From an archaeon (GTDB lineage: Archaea; B1Sed10-29; WALL01; WAMD01), in assembly GCA_024275655.1 (NCBI GenBank), contig JAJRYR010000040.1, positions 1-53,177 on the forward strand: a stretch of DNA of 53,177 nt, in the 5' to 3' direction. Made by a program: the position numbers and the translations under genes. Below the pieces are notes generated by a model. The model ran no database searches. It was not told where the DNA came from and was given only the letters and a program-made list of their open reading frames with translations. This document shows positions 43,101 through 52,300 of the stretch, piece after piece (within the stretch, counting starts at the first letter, position 1; the number at the start of each line of letters is the position of its first letter).

Positions 43101-44480
43101 GAAGACGATGATTACTTGCTGTTCTCACTAACAAACTTTTCATCAAACATTCAGAATATAAGTGACCTGTTGGTTGCGTATTCTGGGAGAGTTGGTTCTA
43201 GCTTGTCAGATGATAGAGTCCATTTGGAAAATGGCAGCGACTGGGCAGTAACTGATCTACCAACGAGACAATGGATCTCCGCAGATGGAAACTATTCCAA
43301 CTTCTACGACAACAGCACCATCGATCCAGAGGATAATGTAACAATATCCTTGGTACGTTGGATATCTGATCCAAGTCCTTACTTCTTCATTAGGAGAAAT
43401 TCTGATTCAGAAATGGGCATGCTAAACTACTCAACATCCGGGCTGTCAAGTAGTTCAAAGTTAGCATACCTCTTCGTGTTTACATTAGGAGATTTCATGT
43501 CTATCGATCAATGGATACTGACTGTAGAACACAACGAACTGCCAATCCCCAACTTCATGACCAGGCCAGCAATCTCCTGGAACCAGTCCAAGCTAGATCT
43601 AGGACCAGTAACCGCAGGGTCCTCTGAATCAAAGAATGTTACCCTTCAATTAACTGGTTGGCACGATAATATCAACATAACAGTAATATCTGGCAATGCG
43701 ACTGATTCGCTAGGCGATTACTTCATAAGTGTTAATCCAACACTTGTTAGTTTGGCAAATGGTGAAATCCAAGTATCAGTAACGTGTAGTCCACCAGCCA
43801 CGCAAGCTACCGGATACTACGAGGTAATTGTTAACGCCAGGTCAAAGAGAAATCCAATAGGAGCCAACCTAACAGTTGGTTGCCAAGTCGGGATTGTAAA
43901 TGCATCCCTAGAGTGGAATCAAACACAGTTGAATCTAGGAAGTGTGTACCAGGGAAGGGAGTCCACTGGCCTAGTTAAAGCTGTTCCATATGAAACCAAT
44001 ACAAATGTAATTTTGGAGCAACTGGGAGGGAACGCGACCTTCATACTCCCAAATGTTACTTACATAAATTCATTATCCAGTTCTCAAGATGTGGAGTTCA
44101 CATGCAAACCATATCCATGGACAGAACCTGGGAACTACTCTGCAATCTGGAACATAAGATCTGATCAACAACCTAGCGGGGACAACTTGACGGTCTTCTG
44201 TGAAGTGAAAAGGGCAAGACAAATTGTTGTGGTTTACACAGATGGAACCTGGGATATATCCCCATTCAATCTAGACGACTGGTTGCTGGGCACTGGAGAT
44301 GTACAATCTGCATTTCCATACTCCTGTGATACCTCAAGTGGAACTGCCTACATCTATTACTACAATATCACAGTAAACCCTAACAAGATAGTGGACAAGA
44401 TAGTATTTAGCGATAATTCTACCAGCGAGCTCCAGCAGATAACCGCGATAACAATGGAGAGAACACCAGGCACATACTAG
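40158..44480 (+). CDS. Giant (1440 aa) secreted protein, probably glycosylated; candidate pilus-associated adhesin or cargo
   Basis: Sec-type signal MRWSLLFTVMLISLSVAVT. Composition rich in Thr/Ser/Asn/Tyr/Gly. Many N-x-S/T sequons. CARDB-like block YPGDTVEVTCEFD. Two tandem ~100-aa Ig-like repeats near the C-terminus. No C-terminal TM segment. Confidence 0.7.
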   Translation: MRWSLLFTVMLISLSVAVTITNSGSYDTINAKHYKIDAVVDPTLSNFGQLTNCYANDYNPTQVLRSSADGHCLFMRVYKASLPGSGWYALETALGGGSRYIEEDGPFRVKLVFTYADGAVNITYYFYDDFFVQRFTSQGYSGSYNDGFANAFAVNDLTNTVGPDSWGLNYVEGSSTTSPIDTSTNSATTSYDTFALGGQTAWTSWYSSSPSGLLLGAVYPPIPASATDYASYAYDREDTTTTYDQFSAGHTNTNGYVSVDFVSGIFQYGVGNSADLTRGLFLHYTNPAILTCVEDCDSADFDSMEFIYSVMPAPGTRVNVTKFSVTGNANWINNQTVYVKVWNAVGSEVYKSTDGVNWTLYLNSSQVQQEDNYIIFGDEIAPGQTVYYLIRKSRGTGVTVPKEVIPSMDPRPFLDSGDTAYPKAIVIASDGSIVDDATVKALITGPTSASLELMFNNDTLAYNGTLGTTGYPAGVYTETVYANKTIPRDTNITECSSYWGFDCGYGPPETGDNTFDTCPTGTGNDESVEGIWINATRVYPGDTVEVTCEFDTYDTLYDQEYIWYYNGTGWRKLWEGDVGANVVANKTVTFTVDNVTGTHWVRCSISYSPLDQPCQDSGSWYDNDDLAFEVVQPNVNISNHTHFHIYPGEGVSVYSIPFGDSENKTFLENTHIVAALDSRKLVYYVFQKDTGVEYTFKNPEYLHSLGGLGISSEGGLEGGSTFSWDAGENLTSGTVIANTSVVEPLGKKVCFVCYTAGSPSATYELPYIQALEALGYTVEYNTPTCNYDYTDIQYGTADFSGYDFWAHSWIYVNSPGTLANAKTKYVDELGQNELILGPDATYLADFGYANVNERRYYPSAIAQIKTNDGFLPEEDYDIGETVKLTNDPSSRYQYVTREGNLIPEVTPVLTAGGSTDFATSGYYINQTSGGKMIYFGIAEDAVQQLTNYSDNEDNGLEVLDHFAKWVGGSRVYILANITLRDEDDDYLLFSLTNFSSNIQNISDLLVAYSGRVGSSLSDDRVHLENGSDWAVTDLPTRQWISADGNYSNFYDNSTIDPEDNVTISLVRWISDPSPYFFIRRNSDSEMGMLNYSTSGLSSSSKLAYLFVFTLGDFMSIDQWILTVEHNELPIPNFMTRPAISWNQSKLDLGPVTAGSSESKNVTLQLTGWHDNINITVISGNATDSLGDYFISVNPTLVSLANGEIQVSVTCSPPATQATGYYEVIVNARSKRNPIGANLTVGCQVGIVNASLEWNQTQLNLGSVYQGRESTGLVKAVPYETNTNVILEQLGGNATFILPNVTYINSLSSSQDVEFTCKPYPWTEPGNYSAIWNIRSDQQPSGDNLTVFCEVKRARQIVVVYTDGTWDISPFNLDDWLLGTGDVQSAFPYSCDTSSGTAYIYYYNITVNPNKIVDKIVFSDNSTSELQQITAITMERTPGTY

Positions 44481-44488
44481 GTGGGTAA

Positions 44489-44806
44489 ATGAGAGTTATA
44501 CTAGCTAAAACCATTTGGGACAGAGTTCTGGGACTGATGTTCAAGAAAGATTTCAGGGATGTTCTAGTAATCGTAATGCCCTACGAATCTAGATTGAACG
44601 GGATACACACGTGTTTCATGAGATTCCCGATAGATGTTTACTTTTTGGACTCAAATGGGGGACTAGTGGGGAAGAGGTTGGAGGTTCCTCCCTGGAAGCT
44701 TGGGGTTTATCCAGATAAGCCAGCAAGGTACATAGTTGAAGTGAAAGCAGGGAGAAAAATTAACTTGGATGAAATTAGGAGAATATTGGGGCTGAGAAAA
44801 GTTTAA
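44489..44806 (+). CDS. DUF192 family protein
   Basis: AKTIWDRVLGLMFKKDF...VLVIVMPY...IHTCFMRFPIDVYFLDSNGGLVG...YIVEVKAG matches the DUF192 (COG1430) pattern. GGTGGG lies before the ATG. Confidence 0.7.
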   Translation: MRVILAKTIWDRVLGLMFKKDFRDVLVIVMPYESRLNGIHTCFMRFPIDVYFLDSNGGLVGKRLEVPPWKLGVYPDKPARYIVEVKAGRKINLDEIRRILGLRKV

Positions 44807-44843
44807 ATTGGATTTTTGCTAAAATAATAGTGGGGGAGAGGGA

Positions 44844-46499
44844 ATGTATTTGCTCAGAACTGAAAAATGTACTAGTTGTAACGCATGTTTAGAAAGTTGC
44901 CCTATTTCTAAGAACCCTAAGATCCAAGATTGCAAGCACTGTCCAGATGCACCCTGCAAAGAGGCGTGCAGATATAATGCTTTCTACGAAGTTTCTCCTG
45001 GAGTTTACGGGATAGATCCCGAGATATGTGTAGGGTGTGGGGAGTGTGCAAAAGCCTGCCCATATGGTGCCATAGTTATTGAGGATAACCTAGCAAAGAA
45101 ATGTACTCTTTGCGGGGAGTGTGTAGTGGCTTGCCCGTTAAATGCTCTAAAGATTGTTGAAACAGAAGAGGAAAAGAGGGAAAAAGAAGACCTACTCGGC
45201 TGGAAAAAACTGAACGAAGGTGTGCCACTGAATGTGTACACGCCCAGCATTCAAGAAGCCAGGCTATTATCCTCCTTTCTAAAACTCCACAGGGAAATGT
45301 TAAGGGAGGACACATATGGATTAGAGAACTTATTCAAGCAATTCCTAGATGCACTGGGGGTAAAACTAGACAAAGATCAGTACAAAGGGTTGCTAAAGTT
45401 GGCTGAGTACGAAACCTCTGGTTTTTCGGTCATAACTCCGCTACTAGAAAACGATGAGTTGGAAGAGATCGCAATAATCGAGAACGATCCCATAAGAGCA
45501 TTTCACAGAAAAAGAGGGTGGATCGACTACAATATGGCCCTGGTAAACAGGGAGAGAATTATAGAACTGGCAAATAAGATGGCCTCCAATCTAGATAGGA
45601 GACTAACACTTCAAGAACCAAGGATGAATGCAAACTTGCCGGACGGATCAAGGCTTCACGCTGTCATACCTCCGGCATCGCACAAGGCCAGTCTTACAAT
45701 CAGGAAATTCAGAAAGAAACCCTTTTCCCCTAGAGAGCTCATAGAAAACAACACATTGTCCAGCGAAGCTCTTGCTTTCCTCTGGATTGGAATGCAACTG
45801 GACTTAAACCTAGTGATCTCTGGATCAACAGGATCTGGAAAAACCACAACACTAAACACCATTCTATGTTTTCTACCAGAGAATCAAAGGCTAATTATCA
45901 TAGAGGAAACTCCGGAGATTGCAGTGTACCACCCTCATCACGTGCGTTTGATAGTAAACAAAGAAAAAGGGTTAACCATGGACAAACTAGTTGAGGACAC
46001 TCTAAGAATGAGGCCAGACAAGGTCATAGTGGGAGAAGTGAGAGAGAAAAATGAGGTAAAGGCATGGGTGAACACAATGCTCGCAGGCCAAGGAAAGGGA
46101 AGCCTAGCCACCTTCCATGCGCTCAGCAGTAGGGAAACTATAAACAGATTACTTAGCCTAGGCATATCAGAAACCGACCTGTCTGCACTGGACTTGATAG
46201 TGGTGCAGAGAAGGTGGACGGACTACGAAACTGGAAAAGAAATCAGAAGAGTATTTGAGATAACTGAAGTGAACTGGACCAAGAAAATAAACCTGAACCC
46301 AATATTCTTGTATGACCCTGATAAAGATGCTTTGGTAAGGACCAGGAATAAAAGCAAAGTCATGGAGAGGGCAAAAAGATTCCTGAAGATAGATCCCAGA
46401 AGAGAGCTAAAAAGGAGAAGCAGATTTCTAGAAAAAACCAACCCCGACCTAATGGATGCTTTCCATCAAATAAGTAGGTGGGGAAAGAGATGTACCTAA
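44844..46499 (+). CDS. Polyferredoxin (four 4Fe-4S motifs) fused to a type II/IV secretion-family ATPase
   Basis: Residues 9-100: CTSCNACLESCP, CKHCPDAPCKEAC, CVGCGECAKACP, CTLCGECVVACP. ATPase part: Walker A ISGSTGSGKTTTLN, Walker B RPDKVIVGEVRE, His box GSLATFHA. Confidence 0.85.
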   Translation: MYLLRTEKCTSCNACLESCPISKNPKIQDCKHCPDAPCKEACRYNAFYEVSPGVYGIDPEICVGCGECAKACPYGAIVIEDNLAKKCTLCGECVVACPLNALKIVETEEEKREKEDLLGWKKLNEGVPLNVYTPSIQEARLLSSFLKLHREMLREDTYGLENLFKQFLDALGVKLDKDQYKGLLKLAEYETSGFSVITPLLENDELEEIAIIENDPIRAFHRKRGWIDYNMALVNRERIIELANKMASNLDRRLTLQEPRMNANLPDGSRLHAVIPPASHKASLTIRKFRKKPFSPRELIENNTLSSEALAFLWIGMQLDLNLVISGSTGSGKTTTLNTILCFLPENQRLIIIEETPEIAVYHPHHVRLIVNKEKGLTMDKLVEDTLRMRPDKVIVGEVREKNEVKAWVNTMLAGQGKGSLATFHALSSRETINRLLSLGISETDLSALDLIVVQRRWTDYETGKEIRRVFEITEVNWTKKINLNPIFLYDPDKDALVRTRNKSKVMERAKRFLKIDPRRELKRRSRFLEKTNPDLMDAFHQISRWGKRCT

Positions 46500-47179
46500 T
46501 AATTCCTGCTATCCTGCTATTGGGGGGATTGGGGATATCCATAACCTTCCACAGTAATCTTCTAGTTTCCATCTCCCCAGGAATTTTAGCGTTAATGGCA
46601 GGAATGTTCTGGAAAAAGCTATCAACGGAGAGAGAAATCGGAAGGATAGAGGCAGAAATCCCAAACGCTGCCATGAAGATGGCCATGTCCCTAGATTCCG
46701 GAATGAGTTTCCTTCAATCCATGCGGGAAATAGCCCTGGGGAATGATAAATTAGCAGAAGAGATGCGGCACGTCATGAGAGAGATAGATGGTGGATCCAG
46801 CGTGCCTTTAGCATTAGAAAACTCTGCTAGAAAGGTGAAATCCAGAGAATACTCCAAATTCATAAACAGATTGATACTTTTGTACAAATTTGGAGGTAAC
46901 GGGGACTCCTTAAGAAAATTGTCCAAAGACATTGTAGAGCAGAGAAAGATAGAGCTGAAACGGTATAGTGGAAAGGCGATTATGTATTCCCTAATTCTCG
47001 TTTCCCTCTCAAGTATTCTCCCCGCCATGTTCCTTGCTTACCTAGTTGTGGGCTCAATGTTTATGAGCATAGATGTGACACCAATAGACGCTCTGCTAAT
47101 TCCCAGTCTTTTATTCCCCAGCTTGAACCTAGCTCTGATATTGCTTATACAATCGAAAAAACCTAGATTCGTGTGGTAA
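46490..47179 (+). CDS. Pilus platform membrane protein, half-size (T2SSF domain; TadB-like)
   Basis: IPNAAMKMAMSLDSGMSFLQSMREIA...GSSVPLALENSA.. with flanking TM segments. The ATG at 46490 follows AGGTGGGG and overlaps the ATPase stop. Confidence 0.7.
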   Translation: MYLIIPAILLLGGLGISITFHSNLLVSISPGILALMAGMFWKKLSTEREIGRIEAEIPNAAMKMAMSLDSGMSFLQSMREIALGNDKLAEEMRHVMREIDGGSSVPLALENSARKVKSREYSKFINRLILLYKFGGNGDSLRKLSKDIVEQRKIELKRYSGKAIMYSLILVSLSSILPAMFLAYLVVGSMFMSIDVTPIDALLIPSLLFPSLNLALILLIQSKKPRFVW

Positions 47180-47181
47180 AA

Positions 47182-47976
47182 ATGTTTAACTGGAAAAAAG
47201 ATCTGGCGTACCTCGGGCTGGAAGATAAAAAGAATACAATACTGGCAGGAGCTATTCTAATCTCACTGCTACTTCTGCTCGTGAACCCCATTCTGTGTTT
47301 AATCCCTCCCATAATAGCAATTGGCTTACCAATGTATCTAGCAGAGGTTAAGAGAGCGAAAATCAGGAAGAGCATTCCAGACCTTGCAATGGATATATCC
47401 AGCCTTTGGGGGGTTCTACCCCTAAGAGACATACTAAAAATGTCTGAAAATCAAGCATTGAGAGAAGCCGGTCTGATGATAGAGAGAGGCGCATCTGTAA
47501 AGGAGGCCTTAAAATCGGCAGTTAAAAAGGAACCAGAAATAAAACCTATCGCAGACATACTCCTCACTTGCTACAAAACTGGAATTGATGCCTCAAAGCT
47601 CCTAAGTTCCCTGGCTGAGGAAATAGCAAGTAAAACTTCAATAGACGAGGAAATGAAGGCTAGTCTAACCATAGAAAAGATGACATTGGTAGGTGCTTCA
47701 GGTGTAATTGTGCCATTCGTGTTGGGTGCCATGTCCTCCCTAACCAATTCATTTTACTTTCCGAACATAGCAGAAATGGGGATAACCACGGTGTCTCAAG
47801 AGACAAAGCAAATGGCAATATTGGGGAGCCAGATATACGTTATTCTATATGCTCTGATCGTTTCATTTTACCTAGCTCTATCCAGTGGTAAATTAAAGAA
47901 AGCCGTGTTGTATTCTGGGGTCTTAGTCCCTCTAGCATTTCTCATTTTTAGTCTGGCCTCTACAATAAAATTCTAG
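47182..47976 (+). CDS. Pilus platform membrane protein, half-size (T2SSF domain; TadC-like)
   Basis: IPDLAMDISSLWGVLPLRDIL...ERGASVKEALKSAV...CYKTGIDASKLLSSLAEEI with flanking TM segments. Confidence 0.7.
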   Translation: MFNWKKDLAYLGLEDKKNTILAGAILISLLLLLVNPILCLIPPIIAIGLPMYLAEVKRAKIRKSIPDLAMDISSLWGVLPLRDILKMSENQALREAGLMIERGASVKEALKSAVKKEPEIKPIADILLTCYKTGIDASKLLSSLAEEIASKTSIDEEMKASLTIEKMTLVGASGVIVPFVLGAMSSLTNSFYFPNIAEMGITTVSQETKQMAILGSQIYVILYALIVSFYLALSSGKLKKAVLYSGVLVPLAFLIFSLASTIKF

Positions 47977-48025
47977 AGCGAAACGGTTTTAAAATAAAAT
48001 GGTTTAACTACTTCTAGTGAGTGCC

Positions 48026-48760
48026 ATGGTAAAAACAATACTAAAAAAGAAGATTTCACTAAAAGGATACACTCTGATTGAAGGATTCCCTGGAATAGGG
48101 TTAATCGGAACAATAGCTGCGAGTTTTCTAGCAGAGAAATTGAACATGGAACTAGTTGGGTACATCTACTCAGAGAAATTTCCTCCAATGGCTAGCATAC
48201 ATGATGGGGTGCCTTACTATCCAGTAAGGCTGTATGCGGACAAAAAGAACAAGATTATTGTTGTCTTTTCTGACTTCGTTATACCTGCAGATATAGTTTA
48301 CGAAATGTCAAATGAGTTGATAACTCTCTTCAAGAAGGAAAAAATGAAGGAAATAATATCTCTGGCTGGAATGACTTCCACATTCGTAACAGAGGAGAGA
48401 GCCGTTTACGCCATAGTATCAAAGGAAGAATTGAAGAAAAAACTGGAAAAATTGGATGTAAGATTTATCCAACAGGGGGTTACAACTGGGGTTTCCGGTG
48501 TTTTATTAATGAAATGTGCAATGGAAGGATTGCCTGCCTTTAGTCTTCTAGCAGAATCCAGCATGGCATACCCCGACCCAGGATCTGCAGCGTTCCTCCT
48601 CAATAAATTGGGCGAGTACCTGGGTATCAAGGTGGAAACTGGCCTACTAGAGGAAGAGGCAAAGAAGATCCAAGAGAGGATCCAGAAAACCATTGAACAA
48701 GTGAGGGCAGGAAGAATGAAATACAAGCAAGCAGAAGAGCATTTGCCCATGTATGGGTAG
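48026..48760 (+). CDS. PAC2 family protein (PbaB-like proteasome assembly chaperone/activator)
   Basis: LKGYTLIEGFPGIGLIGTIAASFLAEKL...YYPVRLY... and C-terminal ...LPMYG (HbYX-type). TTTTAAAATAAAA upstream. The GTG at 48017 is an alternative start. Confidence 0.7.
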   Translation: MVKTILKKKISLKGYTLIEGFPGIGLIGTIAASFLAEKLNMELVGYIYSEKFPPMASIHDGVPYYPVRLYADKKNKIIVVFSDFVIPADIVYEMSNELITLFKKEKMKEIISLAGMTSTFVTEERAVYAIVSKEELKKKLEKLDVRFIQQGVTTGVSGVLLMKCAMEGLPAFSLLAESSMAYPDPGSAAFLLNKLGEYLGIKVETGLLEEEAKKIQERIQKTIEQVRAGRMKYKQAEEHLPMYG

Positions 48761-48798
48761 GTTTTTAAATAAAATAAGCATAATTCTAATGGGGTGGT

Positions 48799-49344
48799 AT
48801 GACCATGATAAAATTGGAGGACTTCCACAGGTTAATCTCTCCCAGACCAACAGTTCTCGTTACCACTGTGGATGAGAAGGGGAGGGAGGATGTAGCTGCA
48901 TTCTCATGGGTAATGCCAGTTAGTTTTGATCCTCCATTGGTGGCCATAGCAATAGGTCCAAATAAGCACTCTTACTGGAACATAACAAGAATAAACGAAT
49001 TCGTGGTAAACATCCCAACAGAGAAAATGCTTGAAAAGGTTTGGATTGCCGGTGGTCCATGGGATCCAAAACAGAGCAAAATAGAGAAGGCGAAGCTAAA
49101 GACAAAACCAAGTGAGCTAGTTAGGCCCCCTAGGTTGGCGGACTGTCCAGTGAACATAGAATGCATGGTAGAGAATGCAAGAAAGGCTGGGGATCACGTT
49201 ATAGTTATAGGGAAAGTTGTGAAGATACACGTAAAAGAAGATGCAATAGATGAAAGAGGGAATTTGAAAGTGGATGTTGTTAGGCCACCACTGCATGTGG
49301 CTGATAACTTATTTGCTTTCCCCTATGTTACAAAGTCCGTCTAA
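48799..49344 (+). CDS. Flavin reductase-like FMN-binding domain protein
   Basis: RLISPRPTVLVTTVDEKGREDVAAFSWVMPVSFDPPLVAIAIGPNKHSYWNI..EFVVNIP. Confidence 0.8.
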   Translation: MTMIKLEDFHRLISPRPTVLVTTVDEKGREDVAAFSWVMPVSFDPPLVAIAIGPNKHSYWNITRINEFVVNIPTEKMLEKVWIAGGPWDPKQSKIEKAKLKTKPSELVRPPRLADCPVNIECMVENARKAGDHVIVIGKVVKIHVKEDAIDERGNLKVDVVRPPLHVADNLFAFPYVTKSV

Positions 49345-52300
49345 CTCCCTTCTTCATTATGTATACGGAAGCCAATCCCAGGACGATTGCCATTATGTAC
49401 CAGACCAGATCAGACTCTGGAACAGTTGGCACCACTGGTGGAACTGGTGATTCCTTCTCCGCTTTTTCCCATGGCTTTTCTCCATGAACTGCACTTGGCT
49501 GGAGCAGTGGTGGATCAGGCATTCCAGTGACTGCATTGAAACCGTTGGTCTTGAACTCGTTGTTTAACTCTATTGGCTGACCATTCACAAAGACATAGTT
49601 GTTTGTATCTGGGTTGTACTGTATGCTTCCACCAGTTCCCTTCAGCCAGGTTATCAACGCATCCTCAAGCAAGGTGTTACCCTTTCCATCCTTGATCGTC
49701 ATCAAGGTTCTTCCAAGCTCATCAACTCTAGTGGATATCTCCCTCAAGAGATATGCATCAGTGTGTGGTTTGCCTTCCTCGTATATCCTTATTGTTCCAT
49801 CTGGGCTGATCTCCACTTGATCTCCTCTGTACGTTTCCTTCTGTCCATTGTAGTAGAGGTCAAAGTATGTTTGGTTCCCTACTTTATAGAATCTCCAACC
49901 AACCTTCTCGTTGTCTTGGATCTTTCCGTCTCCATTCAAGTCCTTGTATCCAGACACTGCGGTGATTATACCAAGCTTATCGGCCCCTGGTATTCTGGTG
50001 TTGGTTGCATCTATACCCAGGATATTTCCTAGTTCGTCCACTGCTGTTGGGCTCTGGCCATCCAGGCTTTGGAATGGTTTTGTTCCAACTAAATCTCTCC
50101 ATTGCAGACCAGTTATGCTCGGCTTAAAGTATCTTGGAAGTATGTATATGGTATCTCCTTTCCTTACAATCACTCCTCCAGCGAATACGGCTGATCTAAA
50201 GTTCAGCTCCTCTGTCTTGTTTTCAAGGTTCGTGAAGATTAACTTTCCAGACCTGGTTAACCAAACTGGCTGTTCTGTCTCTTCGTATCCTCCATCATTT
50301 CTATCGAATTCGAGTCTCACTTTGCCATCTATTGCTGCGGATGAGTAAATGCTTCCCTCATCTAGGTTGATCACTCTCAGGTTTCCAAACACTCTCTCCA
50401 GATCAGTGAAGTTCAGTGAATCAAACTTTGTAGTTATGTCCTGGTTGAAGGTGGGCTGTAGGTTGTCTGGAGATACAGAGAACACTGCACAGTCTGAGGA
50501 ATCAGAGACGTTCACGTAAACTGCAGTATTTGGTATGATCATAGCCGGCAACTCTGTATCAATCCATTTGAAAGGTATTAGTGCATTTGTTATGGTGGTG
50601 TTTCCATAGGTTAGTGTGTTTCCTTGTATGTCCACGCACTCTTGTATAGTCTCCTCATCTGTCAATCCACACATATGGAATGGGAAGGCATTTGCCAGGA
50701 AGTCTATTGTTGCATCGATAATATGCAAGTAGTATATGTCCCGCAATGCCACTCTTCCAGTTGCATTGTAGAATTCTCCATGAATGTGAAGCTGCTCTTG
50801 ATCCACATTGATTGGAGAGCTCATATTTTCAAATCCTTTCAGGAGATCCTCCACAGGCAATTGATCCAAACCAGGCAAATCCTTGAGAGCTCCTGCCTGC
50901 TCCTGCTCTGCTTGGATAACACTTGGATCCCTTATCTGCGTGCCTGCAATGATTATGAAGTTCCTCTCATCACAGGTTAGAAGCTCATTCAAACATCTGT
51001 TGGTCTTCTCCAGTTTACCCTCGAAGAGCTTTATCCCTCCTCCTGGGGTTGGGATACCTCCCTCAAGGACAATCATATCCACAACTCCAAGAGCAAAAGA
51101 TACTGGAGCCAATACTCCTGAGTAATCCATAACTGTTTGTGCAACTCCGCTGGCTACCATGTACGTTGACATAGCTGCCAATTCTCCTTGGCATTTTGCA
51201 CAGACCTGCTCACAGGGTGGTCTCTCACACTTTCCAGTTCTCACACACTCCTCCAATGCTCTCATGTCTGTTGCCTTCGCGGTTACCAACTGCTCTGCAC
51301 CTGTTGACATAGCCCTGGACAAGCCAGTAATGAGTGTGGCCCCAATCACTGTTTTAAATCTTGGAACGTTAGGCCACAAATAAATTATACTTGCAGTGGT
51401 GACTGCTTGTGACAAGAATCCGAAGTCAGAGAGCTTTTCTGCAAATGTCCAGGTTATCGGGAATTGCGTTTTTATTTGGTCGGGGTTTCCATATATGTAG
51501 CCGTATATGTCTGCACCACTCGTGATCAAAGCCACACTTGTTAGAAGGGTGTTGTTACCAACTGGCTTCATTGTTGTTGGATCCTCCAGAACGCTTATTC
51601 CGCTTTGCCTCCAGTTTGCCATCCTCATGAGATATCCGTTGTTGGTCTTCACTATTCTAGTTATTCCAGTTGGCTTGCCCTCTTCCTCAATGCGTATCAC
51701 TGATGCATAAGCACTTGGATTGAAATCGTATCCAAATATCAGGTAATCACCAAACTCTGAGTACTTGCCAGCCAAAACTGGGTCTATACCTAAACTAAGC
51801 AGGAAGCTGGCTAACTCTCTTGCCCCCAGGCTACCAAATGCCCCAGCAGAGTACATTCCAGGAATTGAACTTGGAGTCCCCTTGACCAGGATGTAGCTCT
51901 GCTTAGTGAAAAGATCCCCGGTGGTTGTGGGATCCCACTCCAGGGTGAATCCTGGTGGCGACATCTCCAGATAACCATTCATCATAGTTAGAATAGAGAA
52001 GGTCTGCAATCCCCAGGCCAATGCAGTTATTGGCCTTCCTACATAGTACAATCCTTTTAGATAACTTCTCAAAAATGTTCCTGCTAGGCTTATTGTTCTG
52101 GCCCTCAGTACAGTAGATATGTAATCACTAGGTATCAATCCATATTTGCCAACTAGCCACTCCCCTACTACAGATTTGGGTGCAGAACTCGCTACTATTC
52201 CTGAAAAAGCCTTCGCGACTTCTATATCTGACGGTGAACCATAGATTCCTAGCTTTGTTATCAACGCCTCATTTTCCAAAGCAACATCATATGCAGCTGA

